DNA of 60,763 nt from Lysobacter sp. (lineage in GTDB: Bacteria > Pseudomonadota > Gammaproteobacteria > Xanthomonadales > Xanthomonadaceae). The notes under the pieces are model-generated. The model made no database searches. It was given only the letters and a program-made list of their open reading frames with translations, and was not told the origin of the DNA. Below are positions 1 to 13,971 of the stretch, piece after piece. Both the position numbers and the translations under genes were made by a program. Numbering within the stretch: the stretch's first letter is position 1; each line of letters begins with the position of its first letter. The stretch spans positions 1-60,763 of the forward strand of contig JAJAYW010000075.1 of NCBI GenBank assembly GCA_026786005.1. Direction: 5' to 3'.

Positions 1-58
1 ATGCCGGATTATCGGCGAGGCGCAGGTCGTCGCGGAACCAGAGGATGGCAGTCAGCAT
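1..58 (-). CDS. 5' end (about 19 codons) of a photolyase/cryptochrome-family gene that runs off the window
   Basis: The reverse strand from 58 reads MLTAILWFRDDLRLADNP. This matches the conserved N-terminal (L/V)WFRxDLRLxDN motif of DNA photolyases. The fragment is too short for the ORF track. Confidence 0.45.
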   Translation of the reverse strand, partial: MLTAILWFRDDLRLADNPA

Positions 59-114
59 GGGGACACGCTACTGGATGGACGTACAGCCTTGGTGAATGTG
101 TGCTGTTGCTTATT

Positions 115-280
115 CCCTTCTCCCGTCGGGAGAAGGTGGCGCGCAGCGCCGGATGAGGGCGCAGACTTTCAGGTCACCGCGGGACGTTTCCTAAGCCATC
201 ACTCTCCGGCCCTCATACCCCAAGGGTACTTGCTGCGCGGCGTCTGTCGCTGTCGCGACATCTTCTCCCACGGGAGAAGA
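115..280. repeat. Composite palindromic REP-like element with two short hairpins in inverted arrangement
   Basis: CTTCTCCCGTCGGGAGAAGG...GCCGGATGAGGGC (115-160) faces GCCCTCAT...CTTCTCCCACGGGAGAAGA (209-280). Each arm carries its own CTCCC-loop-GGGAG hairpin. The element lies in the alr / photolyase intergenic gap. Confidence 0.5.
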
Positions 281-338
281 ACAGCAGGCGTTCCTCGCAT
301 TCGAAATTTTTCTGAAGGGTCAGCACGTGCGCGACTCA

Positions 339-1415
339 CTAATCTTCGACGACGCGCACCCGTCGCGTGATCGAACAAATCAATTCGTAGCCAATAGTCC
401 CCGCAGCCGCGCCCACGGTCTCGACCGGCAACCCCGCACCCCACAACATCACCGGATCGCCGGCCTTGGCCTCGGGCTGCTCGCGCAGGTCGATCGTCAT
501 CAGATCCATCGACACGCGGCCGATGATATTTGCGCGCAGGCCGTTGACCATGACCGGCGTTCCCGCAGGCGCATGGCGCGGATAGCCGTCGCCATAACCG
601 ATTGCCGCCACGCCGACCGGCATGTCCTCGGGACATTGCCAGGTCGCGCCGTAGCCGATGCGTTCGCCCTTGCGGATGCGGTTGACCGCAAGCAGTCTGG
701 TCGCGAGCGTCATCGCCGGTTGCAGGCCGAACTCCGGGCCGGGCTTGCCGTCCACGGCCGAAACGCCATACAGCGCGCCGCCCGGGCGCACCCAGTCGCC
801 ATGCGAACCGGGCCAGCCGAATACTGCGGCGGAGTTGGCCAGCGAACGTGCGCCGGAAAGGCCATTCGTCGCTTCGGCGAACACACGCAGCTGTTCGCGG
901 GTTTGTGGCTTGTCGAATTCGTCGGAACTGGCGAAATGGCTCATCAGCACGATGTCGTCGGCGACGCCGGCCAATGCCGACAACCGTCCGTGTGCATCGC
1001 GCACGTCGTCAGGCGCAAAGCCAAGACGATGCATGCCAGTATCGATCTTGAGCCAGCAACGGATCGGATCGCCGTCTCCGGCCTGCTCCAGCATCGCCAA
1101 CTGTGCGGCGTGGTGGACGACGGTTTCGACGTTGAGGCGTCGCAGTTGTGGCAGGTCGTCGGCTTCGTCGAAACCGGACAGCAGCACGATGGGTTGCGAC
1201 AGCCCCGCCGCCCGCAGGCGCTCGGCATCAGACAAGGCGGCCACGCCGAAGGCATCAGCGCCTTCCAGCGCGCGCGCCACGCGTTCGAGTCCGTGTCCGT
1301 AACCATCCGCCTTGACCACCGCCATGACGCGGCTGCCGGAAGCGCGCGCGCGGATAACGCCGAGGTTGTGCCGCAGCGCGTCGGTGTGGATGGTTGCGGA
1401 AGTGGGCCGGGCCAT
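339..1415 (-). CDS. alr: Alanine racemase
   Basis: Carries the PLP-lysine motif AVVKADGYGHG and looks full-length for alanine racemase. Start placed at MARPTSATIH (ATG 1415) rather than the ORF-track start at 1460. Confidence 0.92.
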   Translation of the reverse strand: MARPTSATIHTDALRHNLGVIRARASGSRVMAVVKADGYGHGLERVARALEGADAFGVAALSDAERLRAAGLSQPIVLLSGFDEADDLPQLRRLNVETVVHHAAQLAMLEQAGDGDPIRCWLKIDTGMHRLGFAPDDVRDAHGRLSALAGVADDIVLMSHFASSDEFDKPQTREQLRVFAEATNGLSGARSLANSAAVFGWPGSHGDWVRPGGALYGVSAVDGKPGPEFGLQPAMTLATRLLAVNRIRKGERIGYGATWQCPEDMPVGVAAIGYGDGYPRHAPAGTPVMVNGLRANIIGRVSMDLMTIDLREQPEAKAGDPVMLWGAGLPVETVGAAAGTIGYELICSITRRVRVVED

Positions 1416-1555
1416 GCGGCTATTGTAATGAGCGCGGCCGGAATGTCGGCGCAGACTCACGATATTCAGCAGCTGTCACAACAACGGTGTCGCGCCGAAG
1501 ACGCGACATGACATGCGCGCCGATCTTCCAGTTCACTTCAAGAGACCAAGCTCCT

Positions 1556-1643
1556 TAGCCTGGGTGGAGCGTTGCGATACCCGGGGCTTTATCGAGACGA
1601 TCATTGAAGAGCCCCTGGTATCGCTACGCTCCACCCGGGCTAC
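1556..1643. repeat. Inverted pair of REP elements (family GTAGCCCGGGTGGAGCGTAGCGATACC)
   Basis: Left arm TTAGCCTGGGTGGAGCGTTGCGATACCCGGGG (1556-1586). The reverse complement of the right arm (1612-1643) is GTAGCCCGGGTGGAGCGTAGCGATACCAGGGG. A 25-nt spacer separates them. Confidence 0.65.
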
Positions 1644-2167
1644 GCTGGCTGCCCTTGGTAACGCGCCTCAGCGTCATCTCCGACCAACTCGACTTCGTCA
1701 ACAACGTCTGCCAACCGCAACCTCGCCACCCCATGCCCACCCTCAGCCAGGTAATCGAGCCATTTGCCGAGAAACGTATTCATCCGGAACCGATGACTGA
1801 TCAGCGCCTCGGGTGGCGGGTACATCCCGATCGCGTCCTGCCAGCGGCGACCGACGTAGCAGTGCGTGGCTTCGGCCTGGCGTGCGTCGCGGTACAGCCG
1901 GATGAATGCGGAAGGATCGGGCTCGCCGGTCACCGGATCGCGAACTGAATAAGTAAGGCGCATTTCGGTCGTGAACCGATGTTGTTGGAGGATGTCGAGC
2001 CTAACATCGAGGCCGTCGCCGTTGCTGGAAAGATAGGTGCCGACGGCGAGATCACCGGGCTCGAACAGCCGCGTCAGCTTCGCGAAATTCTCCGCGTATA
2101 GGCCCATCAGCCAGCCAAAACGGCTGAGCCGGGGGATACGGGCAACGCGGGTGATGGCGGCGGACAT
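1640..2167 (-). CDS. DUF1249 (YqiB-like) family protein
   Basis: 175-aa ORF with the N-terminal [12 protein letters not shown] pattern typical of DUF1249. Its TAG stop lies inside the REP at 1612-1643. Confidence 0.7.
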   Translation of the reverse strand: MSAAITRVARIPRLSRFGWLMGLYAENFAKLTRLFEPGDLAVGTYLSSNGDGLDVRLDILQQHRFTTEMRLTYSVRDPVTGEPDPSAFIRLYRDARQAEATHCYVGRRWQDAIGMYPPPEALISHRFRMNTFLGKWLDYLAEGGHGVARLRLADVVDEVELVGDDAEARYQGQPA

Positions 2168-2292
2168 GGCCCGATGCTACACGCGAAAAAACCTTTCCGG
2201 CAGCATTGACGAAACCGCATAACGCGCCTAACGTAACTGTTCTCCACAAGCTCATCCGCAAGCCCATCCGCAAGTCGCGATGGGCTGCGCGA

Positions 2293-3114
2293 TCAGAACA
2301 TCTCCCGGTGAATCCCCAGCGTCGTCAGCACCTTGCTGGCGATCTCCTCGATCGACGTGTGCGTGGTGCTGAGCGTCGGAATGCGCTCGGCGCGGAACAG
2401 CGCCTCGGCCGCAGCAACTTCACGTTTGCAGGTCTCCAGTTGCGCATAGCGCGAATTCGGCCGCCGCTCCTGGCGGATCTGCTGCAAGCGCGTGGGCTCG
2501 ATCGTCAATCCGAACAACTTCGTGCGATGCGCCTTCAACCGCGGCGGCAATCGATCGTGTTCCAGGTCTTCCTCGGTCAACGGATAGTTCGCAGCGCGCA
2601 CGCCGTAATGCAGCGCCAGGTACACACAGGTGGGCGTCTTGCCTGCGCGCGACACCGCCACCAGGATCAGGTCGGCCTCGTTGTAGTCGATGCTCATGCC
2701 ATCGTCGTGGGTCAACGCGAAATTGATCGCATTGATGCGCCGATGGTAGGTATCGAAATCGGCAATGCCGTGCGCCAGACCCACACGCGACTGGCGTTGC
2801 GTACCCAGCTCGCGCTCCATCGGCTCGATGAAGGGCGCGAACACGTCCAGCATCAGCGCGCCGCTTTCGGCGACGATCGCGCTCAACGTCGGATCCACGC
2901 ACGAGTTCACGACCACCGGACGCACTCCGTGGCGCTCGCCGGCGGCCCTGATCTTGTTGGCAGCTTCGGCAGCCTTGTCGGGCGTGTCGACGAACGAAAT
3001 CCGGTCGGTGACGAAATGATGGTCGGTGAACTGGGTCAGCAGGCTGTGGCCGATGGTCTCGGCGGTGATGCCGGTGCCGTCGGACAGGTAGAACACCGGG
3101 CGCGAAACGGACAT
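2293..3114 (-). CDS. ppsR: PEP synthase regulatory protein (bifunctional kinase / pyrophosphorylase, DUF299)
   Basis: N-terminus [23 protein letters not shown] and a P-loop-like VSRAGKTP. Sits divergent from ppsA, as in other gammaproteobacteria. Confidence 0.9.
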   Translation of the reverse strand: MSVSRPVFYLSDGTGITAETIGHSLLTQFTDHHFVTDRISFVDTPDKAAEAANKIRAAGERHGVRPVVVNSCVDPTLSAIVAESGALMLDVFAPFIEPMERELGTQRQSRVGLAHGIADFDTYHRRINAINFALTHDDGMSIDYNEADLILVAVSRAGKTPTCVYLALHYGVRAANYPLTEEDLEHDRLPPRLKAHRTKLFGLTIEPTRLQQIRQERRPNSRYAQLETCKREVAAAEALFRAERIPTLSTTHTSIEEIASKVLTTLGIHREMF

Positions 3115-3261
3115 TCGACGGACTCCATGCGGATGCCGCGAGCGCGGCGGCAGACTGGGTTGCTAAAATACGGGTTCGGATCGGCCCTGTCCGGTCTTCC
3201 TCCGTCGCGACACCGAATATTTCCCGGAAGTTCCGCCGAAAACCCCTGGAGTGCCCGTCCT

Positions 3262-5637
<2,376 letters not shown>

Positions 5638-5641
5638 GTGC

Positions 5642-5770
5642 TTTGCCGCGGATAAGAGCCAATAAACGCGGATAGAGCAAGTTGAGGATTACTCAGGTAG
5701 GCGGTGTGCCGCGGGTGCCAATGTTTTCATATGCTGTATCCGCTCGTTTCGCTTTGATCCGCGGCAAAAA
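5642..5770. repeat. Inverted pair of REP-like elements (TTTGCCGCGGAT...CGCGGATA type)
   Basis: Left arm TTTGCCGCGGATAAGAGCCAATAAACGCGGATAG. The reverse complement of the right arm is TTTGCCGCGGATCAAAGCGAAACGAGCGGATAC. Lies in the convergent ppsA/orn gap. Confidence 0.5.
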
Positions 5771-5778
5771 ACCGCTCT

Positions 5779-6360
5779 TCAATCAGCAGCCGCCAGCGCC
5801 GCAAAGTGCCGACGGTAATGGCGCAGCTCATCGATCGAATCGCGTACATCACTCAACGCGGTATGGGCGGATTCCTTTGTCACGCCGGCCAATACTTGGG
5901 GCGCCCAGCGACGCGCCAGCTCCTTGAGCGTGCTGACATCCAGATTGCGATAGTGGAAGTGCTTTTCCAGCGCCGGCATCAAGCGGTGCAGGAAGCGGCG
6001 ATCCTGGCAGATCGAATTGCCGCACATCGGCGAGGTGTTGCCCGGCACCCATTGCTTGAGAAACGCCAGCGTTCGCGCTTCCGCATCGGCCAAGCCAACC
6101 GCGCTGTCGATGACACGCTGCCACAGGCCGGATTTGGTGTGCTGGTTGCGATTCCAGTCGTCCATCGCCTCGAGTGCGGCGAGCGGATGCGCGATTGCAA
6201 TTTCCGGACCTTCGGCCAGCACGTTGAGTAGCGAATCGGTGACGATGGTGGCGATTTCGATGATCGAATCGTTATCGGTATCGAGCCCGGTCATTTCCAG
6301 ATCGATCCAGATCAGCCTGCCTTCGTCACTGCGGCCTTGGTGGTTGAGGTTTGCTGCCAT
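5779..6360 (-). CDS. orn: Oligoribonuclease
   Basis: DEDDh exonuclease motif [12 protein letters not shown], with H..SD near the C-terminus. Start taken at MAANLN (6360); the ORF-track start at 6393 is also possible. Confidence 0.9.
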   Translation of the reverse strand: MAANLNHQGRSDEGRLIWIDLEMTGLDTDNDSIIEIATIVTDSLLNVLAEGPEIAIAHPLAALEAMDDWNRNQHTKSGLWQRVIDSAVGLADAEARTLAFLKQWVPGNTSPMCGNSICQDRRFLHRLMPALEKHFHYRNLDVSTLKELARRWAPQVLAGVTKESAHTALSDVRDSIDELRHYRRHFAALAAAD

Positions 6361-6421
6361 GCGCTCGCGATCGTTGTCGGGTCGGCGCATCATATCGCAG
6401 CATTCTCATTGCCCTCTTCCC

Positions 6422-6925
6422 ATGCCGACCAACCCTGCCTTTGCCCATTACGCCGTATTGACCGCGATGCTTGCGCCGGCATTTTTTCTGACGGCGACGG
6501 CGTCGTTGCTGATGTCCGCGAACAACCGGCTGTCGCGCATCATCGATCGCCTGCGCGTCGTGCTGATGGAACTCGAAGAGACGGTGGATTCCGAATACCG
6601 GGCAGTGCTGGAAAAACGCATCCTGATCCAGCGCCGTCGCAGTCTGCTGATCCTGCGCGGCAGCCAGTTGCTCTACGTCGCAATCAGTTGCTTCGTCGGC
6701 ACCAGCCTCACGGTCGCCGGGGACGCGTTCGTGGGTTATCGCTTCGGCGCTGCGCCGACGGTGCTTGCGGTGCTGGGCGTGCTTGCCATGTTCGCCGCCA
6801 GCCTGTTCCTGGCGCGGGAGGCGACACTGGCGGTCGCGGCCGTGAACGAGGAGATGGATCACCGCCACGCGATCGCGCGGATGCGCAAGCGTGCGGAGCC
6901 ACCGCGGGAAACTGATTCAAACTAA
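6422..6925 (+). CDS. DUF2721-family membrane protein
   Basis: 167 aa starting at MPTNPAFAHY, with hydrophobic segments and an LLMSANNRLSRIIDRLR pattern. The upstream part of ORF 6017-6925 overlaps orn and is rejected. Confidence 0.65.
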   Translation: MPTNPAFAHYAVLTAMLAPAFFLTATASLLMSANNRLSRIIDRLRVVLMELEETVDSEYRAVLEKRILIQRRRSLLILRGSQLLYVAISCFVGTSLTVAGDAFVGYRFGAAPTVLAVLGVLAMFAASLFLAREATLAVAAVNEEMDHRHAIARMRKRAEPPRETDSN

Positions 6926-6945
6926 GGGGAGTCTGCTCAACCCCT

Positions 6946-7039
6946 CGTCATCCCGGCGCAAGCTGGGATCCATTTTGATCTGTCTTTTTAGGGCGAAGAA
7001 GCAAAATCAAAATAAGTTCCAGCTTGCGCTGGAATGACG
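6946..7039. repeat. MITE/REP-like inverted repeat (CGTCATCCCGGCGCAAGCTGGGATCC type)
   Basis: CGTCATCCCGGCGCAAGCTGGGATC (6946-6970) faces the reverse complement CGTCATTCCAGCGCAAGCTGGAAC (7016-7039). They flank an AT-rich spacer. A second family member is at 16357-16449. Confidence 0.6.
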
Positions 7040-7049
7040 ATCAAAAAAG

Positions 7050-9118
<2,069 letters not shown>

Positions 9119-9125
9119 AAAGAGC

Positions 9126-9205
9126 GGAAGTGGGGAGTAGGGAATGGGGAGTGGATAGCGGAGGAGGTGCAATGTCCCACTGCCTACTGCCTACTTCCCA
9201 CTACC
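9126..9205. repeat. Purine-rich (GGGAGTRG-like) tract followed by its pyrimidine-rich complement, giving an imperfect long hairpin
   Basis: GGAAGTGGGGAGTAGGGAATGGGGAGTGG ... CCCACTGCCTACTGCCTACTTCCCACTACC, between guaB and guaA. A related element is at 27034-27135. Confidence 0.5.
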
Positions 9206-9213
9206 TCTGCTGT

Positions 9214-10674
9214 TCAGCCCATCCGATAATTCGGCGGCTCTTTCGTGATCTGCACATCATGCACATGACTCTCGCGCTGCCCGGCGCCTGTCACTTTCAC
9301 GAACGACGGCTTCGTGCGCATGTCCTCGATCGTCGCGCAGCCGACATACCCCATCGTCGCGCGCAAGCCACCCGCCAACTGATGCACCACGCCGCTCAGC
9401 GGCCCGCGATACGGGACGCGGCCTTCGATGCCTTCCGGTACCAGCTTGTCGGCATCGGACGTGTCCTGGAAATAACGATCCTTCGATCCCTTCTCCATTG
9501 CGCCCAGCGAGCCCATACCGCGATAACTCTTGTAACTGCGGCCCTGGAACAGTTCGATTTCGCCTGGTGCTTCCTCGGTGCCGGCGAACAGGCCGCCGAC
9601 CATCACCGTCGACGCGCCCGCGGCGATCGCTTTGCCAATGTCGCCCGAAAAACGAATACCGCCATCGGCGATCAACGGAATCCGGTCCTGCAAGGCCTCG
9701 GCAACCATCGATACCGCGGTGATCTGCGGCACGCCGACGCCCGCGACGATGCGCGTGGTGCAGATCGAACCCGGACCGACGCCGACCTTCACCGCATCCG
9801 CGCCGGCATCCATCAACATCAGCGCCGCATCGCCGGTAACGATATTGCCGCCGATCACCTGCAATTGCGGGAACCGCTTCTTCGCCCATGCGACGCGATC
9901 GATGACGCCCTGCGCATGGCCGTGCGCGGTATCGACGATGATCACGTCCACGCCTGCGGCAGCGAGCGCTTCGATGCGCTGCTCGGTATCACCGCCGACA
10001 CCAACCGCTGCGCCCACGAGCAAACGCTCGGATGAATCTTTGGCCGCATTCGGATTGTCGTGCGCCTTCTGGATGTCCTTGACCGTGATCAGGCCGCGCA
10101 ACGCGAAGTCATCGTTGACCACCAGCACCTTCTCGATCCGGTGCTTGTGCAGCAGCCCGATCACCTCGTCGTCCGACGCGCCTTCGCGCACCGTCACCAG
10201 GCGATCCTTCTTGGTCATGATGTGGCGCACCGGATCGTCGAGCTTCTTTTCGAAGCGCATGTCGCGGCCGGTGACGATGCCGACCAGCTGCCCATCCTCG
10301 TCGACCACCGGCACGCCGGAAATGTTGCGCGCCCGCGTTAGCTTGAGCACTTCGCCGATGGTGGTTTCCGGCCCGACGGTGAACGGCTCGCGGATCACGC
10401 CGGCCTCGAACTTCTTGACCATCGCGACCTGCGCGGCCTGGCGTTCCGGCGACAGGTTCTTGTGGACGATGCCGATGCCGCCGAGTTGCGCCATCGCGAT
10501 GGCGAGTCGGGCTTCGGTGACGGTGTCCATCGCCGCGGCGATGATCGGGAGATTGAGGTGGAGATCGCGCGTCAGGCGCGTCGCAAGCGAAACGTCCTTC
10601 GGCAGGACGGTCGAATGCGCGGGGACGAGGGAAACATCGTCGTAGGTAAGCGCTTCAGCCTGGATGCGCAGCAT
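9214..10674 (-). CDS. guaB: IMP dehydrogenase
   Basis: Catalytic loop [12 protein letters not shown] and a CBS pair. Start at [18 protein letters not shown] (10674). Confidence 0.95.
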   Translation of the reverse strand: MLRIQAEALTYDDVSLVPAHSTVLPKDVSLATRLTRDLHLNLPIIAAAMDTVTEARLAIAMAQLGGIGIVHKNLSPERQAAQVAMVKKFEAGVIREPFTVGPETTIGEVLKLTRARNISGVPVVDEDGQLVGIVTGRDMRFEKKLDDPVRHIMTKKDRLVTVREGASDDEVIGLLHKHRIEKVLVVNDDFALRGLITVKDIQKAHDNPNAAKDSSERLLVGAAVGVGGDTEQRIEALAAAGVDVIIVDTAHGHAQGVIDRVAWAKKRFPQLQVIGGNIVTGDAALMLMDAGADAVKVGVGPGSICTTRIVAGVGVPQITAVSMVAEALQDRIPLIADGGIRFSGDIGKAIAAGASTVMVGGLFAGTEEAPGEIELFQGRSYKSYRGMGSLGAMEKGSKDRYFQDTSDADKLVPEGIEGRVPYRGPLSGVVHQLAGGLRATMGYVGCATIEDMRTKPSFVKVTGAGQRESHVHDVQITKEPPNYRMG

Positions 10675-10704
10675 GGGCGGGCCAGTGGGGATGAAGCGCG
10701 TCAT

Positions 10705-10731
10705 TGTAGCGGTTTTGCCTGCGCTCCTACA
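10705..10731 (-). repeat. Single REP (TGTAGGAGCGCAGGCAAAACCGCTACA)
   Basis: On the minus strand the sequence begins TGTAGGAGCGC, like the pair at 11657-11725. Its TAG is the folD stop codon (10727-10729). Confidence 0.5.
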
Positions 10732-11584
10732 AAGCAGCCTCCGCCGCTTCCAGCGTGTTCTGCATCAACGTCGCCACGGTCATCGGCCCCACGCCACCCG
10801 GCACCGGCGTGATCCAGCTGGCACGCTGCGCGGCTTCGGCGAAGCCGACATCCCCCACCAACCGGCCGTCGTCGAGCCGATTGATGCCTACATCGATCAC
10901 CACGGCACCGGGCTTGACCCACTCGCCCGGAATCAGACCCGGTCGTCCCACTGCGACCACCAAAATGTCGGCATTGCGGATCGATTGCTCCAGCACCTCT
11001 GGCGGCGTGAATTTGTGGCAGCTGGTCACGGTGCAGCCAGCGATCAGCAATTCCAGCAGCATCGGGCGGCCGACGTGGTTGCTGACGCCGACGATGGTGG
11101 CGTTTTGCCCGCGCACCGGACGGTCTGTATAGCCCAGCAGCGTGGTGATGCCACGCGGCGTGCAGGGTCGCAGGCCGAACTGGCGCAATGCGAGATGGCC
11201 GACATTTTCAGGATGAAAGCCGTCGACATCCTTGCGTGGATCGATGCGATGGATCAGCCGTGTCGCGTCGGGAATACCGGGCAACGGCAGCTGCACGAGG
11301 ATGCCGTGGACTGCGGGATCGGCGTTGAGGCGGTCGATCAGCGCCAGCAATTCGGCTTCGGTGGTTCCCGCCGGCAGGTCGTGGTCGAACGCGTGGATGC
11401 CGACCTTGTCGGCGGCACGGCGCTTGTTGCGCACGTAGGATTGCGATGCGGGGTCGCTGCCGACCAGCACCACCGCCAATCCGGGCCGCGACTTGCCTTC
11501 GGCCACGCGTACGTCGACCTGCGCCTTGAGGCTGTCAAGCAGGTCTTCAGCGATGCGTTTGCCGTCGAGAATCTTTGCGGTCAT
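10727..11584 (-). CDS. folD: Bifunctional methylenetetrahydrofolate dehydrogenase / methenyl-THF cyclohydrolase
   Basis: Starts [15 protein letters not shown] (11584). Motifs VGRPM and PGGVGPMT are present. The ORF-track extension to 11914 runs through a REP pair and is rejected. Confidence 0.93.
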   Translation of the reverse strand: MTAKILDGKRIAEDLLDSLKAQVDVRVAEGKSRPGLAVVLVGSDPASQSYVRNKRRAADKVGIHAFDHDLPAGTTEAELLALIDRLNADPAVHGILVQLPLPGIPDATRLIHRIDPRKDVDGFHPENVGHLALRQFGLRPCTPRGITTLLGYTDRPVRGQNATIVGVSNHVGRPMLLELLIAGCTVTSCHKFTPPEVLEQSIRNADILVVAVGRPGLIPGEWVKPGAVVIDVGINRLDDGRLVGDVGFAEAAQRASWITPVPGGVGPMTVATLMQNTLEAAEAAL

Positions 11585-11656
11585 GCGTGGGATGGCGCTA
11601 GAGTCATCGGACGCGCATTGTCCCCGATTCCGCGCTCCGCGAAAGCAGCCAGATTC

Positions 11657-11725
11657 TGTAGGAGTGCATCTGGGCGCGACAGGCTTTACCGGTAAGGCCT
11701 CATCGCGCCCAGGTGCGCTCCTACA
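11657..11725. repeat. Inverted REP pair (family TGTAGGAGCGCACCTGGGCGCGA)
   Basis: TGTAGGAGTGCATCTGGGCGCGAC (11657-11680) faces TCGCGCCCAGGTGCGCTCCTACA (11703-11725). The spacer AGGCTTTACCGGTAAGGCCT is itself palindromic. Confidence 0.7.
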
Positions 11726-11741
11726 AAAAGCAGGTTTACGC

Positions 11742-12044
11742 ATGATCGATTCCGAAACCACCTCCCTCGAAGCCGCTACGTTCCGCCGCCTGCTGCAGCA
11801 CTTGATGCAACAACGTCCGGACGTGCAGAACATCGACCTGATGATCCTCGCAGGCTTCTGCCGCAACTGCCTGTCTGACTGGTATCGCGAGGCTGCCGAA
11901 TCACGCGGCATCACGATGACCAGGGACGAAGCACGCGAGGCGATCTACGGCGAGCCCTTTGCGCAATGGAAAACGAAACACCAGGACGAAGCGACGCCCG
12001 AGCAATTGGCGGCATTTGCAGCAGCGCAACAACACCAGGGCTGA
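11742..12044 (+). CDS. DUF1244-family small protein
   Basis: 100 aa starting at MIDSETTS, with the conserved-looking core [17 protein letters not shown]. The stop lies 1 nt before the next ATG. Confidence 0.7.
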   Translation: MIDSETTSLEAATFRRLLQHLMQQRPDVQNIDLMILAGFCRNCLSDWYREAAESRGITMTRDEAREAIYGEPFAQWKTKHQDEATPEQLAAFAAAQQHQG

Positions 12045-12045
12045 C

Positions 12046-12837
12046 ATGGGTACACGCAAAATGATCCTCACGGCGCTGGCGCTGGCCGGCCTGGCTTACG
12101 CCGGCATATCAGCCTGGATGTACTGGCAACAGCGTGAATTGATGTACTTCCCGCAGGCGACGAAAGCCGATGCCAAGGACACGGACTTCGGCATTGCCCG
12201 CAACGGGGTGATGCTCAACGGATGGCTGGTCAATATCGGCCAGCCCGGGGCAATCATCTATTTCGGCGGTAACGCCGAACGCATCGAAAACATGCGCGAT
12301 GAGTTTGCGAAGTGGTTTCCGCAAAGCAGTATCTATCTCGTTCCCTATCGCGGTTACGGTGCAAGCGAAGGCGCGCCGACTGAAGAGGCCCTGTTCTCGG
12401 ATGCATTGGCGGTGTTCGACCAAGTCCAGGCGCGGCAACAAGGCGCGTCCATTGTCGTCATCGGAAGGAGTCTTGGCAGCGGGGTCGCCAGCTACGTCGC
12501 GTCGCAACGTCCGGTGGCACGACTGGCACTGATCACGCCTTTCGACAGCATGGCCAGCGTTGCACAGTCACATTACCCGTGGCTGCCGATGCGCTTGCTG
12601 ATGAAGGACCGTTACGAAACGACTCGATACCTGTCGAAATACACCGGGCCGGTTCTGGTGGTGCGTGCCGGCAGGGACGAGATCGTTCCAGCCGCCAGCA
12701 CCGAACGCCTGATCGCTTCCATGGCGAGACCGCCCCAAGTGGTCGATCTTCCCGACGCGGACCACAATTCGATTGATGCAGATCCGACCTACCGCAAGGC
12801 GTTGACCGCATTCGTCGCCGCGCAAGGGCCGCCCTGA
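12046..12837 (+). CDS. Alpha/beta-fold hydrolase with an N-terminal membrane anchor
   Basis: N-terminal hydrophobic segment, nucleophile elbow GRSLGSG, and a C-terminal D...H pair (DADHNS). Confidence 0.72.
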   Translation: MGTRKMILTALALAGLAYAGISAWMYWQQRELMYFPQATKADAKDTDFGIARNGVMLNGWLVNIGQPGAIIYFGGNAERIENMRDEFAKWFPQSSIYLVPYRGYGASEGAPTEEALFSDALAVFDQVQARQQGASIVVIGRSLGSGVASYVASQRPVARLALITPFDSMASVAQSHYPWLPMRLLMKDRYETTRYLSKYTGPVLVVRAGRDEIVPAASTERLIASMARPPQVVDLPDADHNSIDADPTYRKALTAFVAAQGPP

Positions 12838-12861
12838 GCCAGGCAGCACGGACTCCAGGAA

Positions 12862-13884
12862 TTAGCGTGATTGTGGGTCGGGGCAGCGCGGCACCGGTGG
12901 ATCGGCGCCGACAACGCAGTTCACACAACAAGCTGTAGAAGGAACCGAAAGCGGCATCGCACTTGGCGAAGACTGCTTGTCCTGCATGGCAGGCGCTAAC
13001 CGGGCCAGCGCAGCGGACGATTTCAGTTTCAGCAGTACCGACCAGTCCTGCCGATTGAAATTACAGGACGCCACCGTGTCCGGAGAACACTCGGGATCCA
13101 CGCCGACACGTTGCGGCAACGCCCACAACAGGCCGCTGCGATTCACCGGCAGCAGGCGCATGGTGACGCCTTGCTGGACGTTGCCGCCGATCACGTACGC
13201 CTTGCCGTCGTTGCCGGGATTGGCGGCCACGACGACATCGCAATGCGTGTTGAGTCCGCTGACCCCACTGTCGATGGCTGTCTTCAGGCCTTGGTAGCCG
13301 TATGCGCGCGATTGGATCCGCACATAGCAGAGCAGATCGCCGGTCGCCGGTGTTGCCGTCGCCGGGTCGAGGAACTGATAGGCGCTTTCGTCAGGATGCA
13401 GGAAAGCGTCGCGGATGTAATCGAAATGGCTTGCCGACGCGCGAAACCCCGGCAGATTGGCCTTCTTCAACACGTAGGACACGAACGCTGCAGACCACGG
13501 ATTGTCGATGACGAAGGCGCGGCAGGATGACGTCAGGTAGCCGCCACCAGCGGTGGCATAACCGCAGTCGGATGCGCCCGCAAAGCCGGACATCTGCCTC
13601 AGCAACCCGCTCTCCAGCCAGTAGATCGCAACACGGCGCCAGGCTTCGGTGGCGCCGTCGTCGAGCCGGCTCGCCTCGCCTTCCCACACGGTACTGCTGG
13701 CGATCCGTCCGCTGGTATCGATGAAGGGGCGGTACCAGAGGTGATGCTCATTGCAGGCAATGGCAGCGATGCGCGTGGCGGTGTCCGCGGAAAATTGTTG
13801 CTGTCGCATCGTGGGGCAGACGTCTGCAGCCGTTGCGGTCGCAGAGCCGAGCAACGACAAGCCGGCGAAGATCAGTCGGTACAT
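12862..13884 (-). CDS. Exported DUF2272-like protein with a Cys-rich C-terminal tail
   Basis: Starts MYRLIFAGLSLLGSATATAADV (signal peptide). Carries a PWSAAFVSYVLKKA motif that I associate with DUF2272. Tail is STACCVNCVV...PRCPD. The upstream ORF extension is rejected. Confidence 0.6.
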   Translation of the reverse strand: MYRLIFAGLSLLGSATATAADVCPTMRQQQFSADTATRIAAIACNEHHLWYRPFIDTSGRIASSTVWEGEASRLDDGATEAWRRVAIYWLESGLLRQMSGFAGASDCGYATAGGGYLTSSCRAFVIDNPWSAAFVSYVLKKANLPGFRASASHFDYIRDAFLHPDESAYQFLDPATATPATGDLLCYVRIQSRAYGYQGLKTAIDSGVSGLNTHCDVVVAANPGNDGKAYVIGGNVQQGVTMRLLPVNRSGLLWALPQRVGVDPECSPDTVASCNFNRQDWSVLLKLKSSAALARLAPAMQDKQSSPSAMPLSVPSTACCVNCVVGADPPVPRCPDPQSR

Positions 13885-13949
13885 TGGCGTGACTCCCACG
13901 TACGCTCCCCCGAACGTTGGTGACCGATGCGCAACCCGTTGGTGAAGGC

Positions 13950-13971
13950 GGCGGGTCGAGACCCGCCCTAC
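13950..13971 (-). repeat. REP (GTAGGGCGGGTCTCGACCCGCC)
   Basis: Exact reverse complement of the 22-mer at 38471-38492. Its TAG (13968-13970) is the moeB stop codon. Confidence 0.65.

Noticed and set aside
2206-3261. The 5' third of the 1143-aa ORF that contains ppsA.
   Set aside because: It lies antisense to the well-supported ppsR gene and has no PpsA-like sequence. PpsA homology begins at the TTG at 3262 ([12 protein letters not shown]). Long open frames on the opposite strand of real genes are expected in GC-rich DNA.
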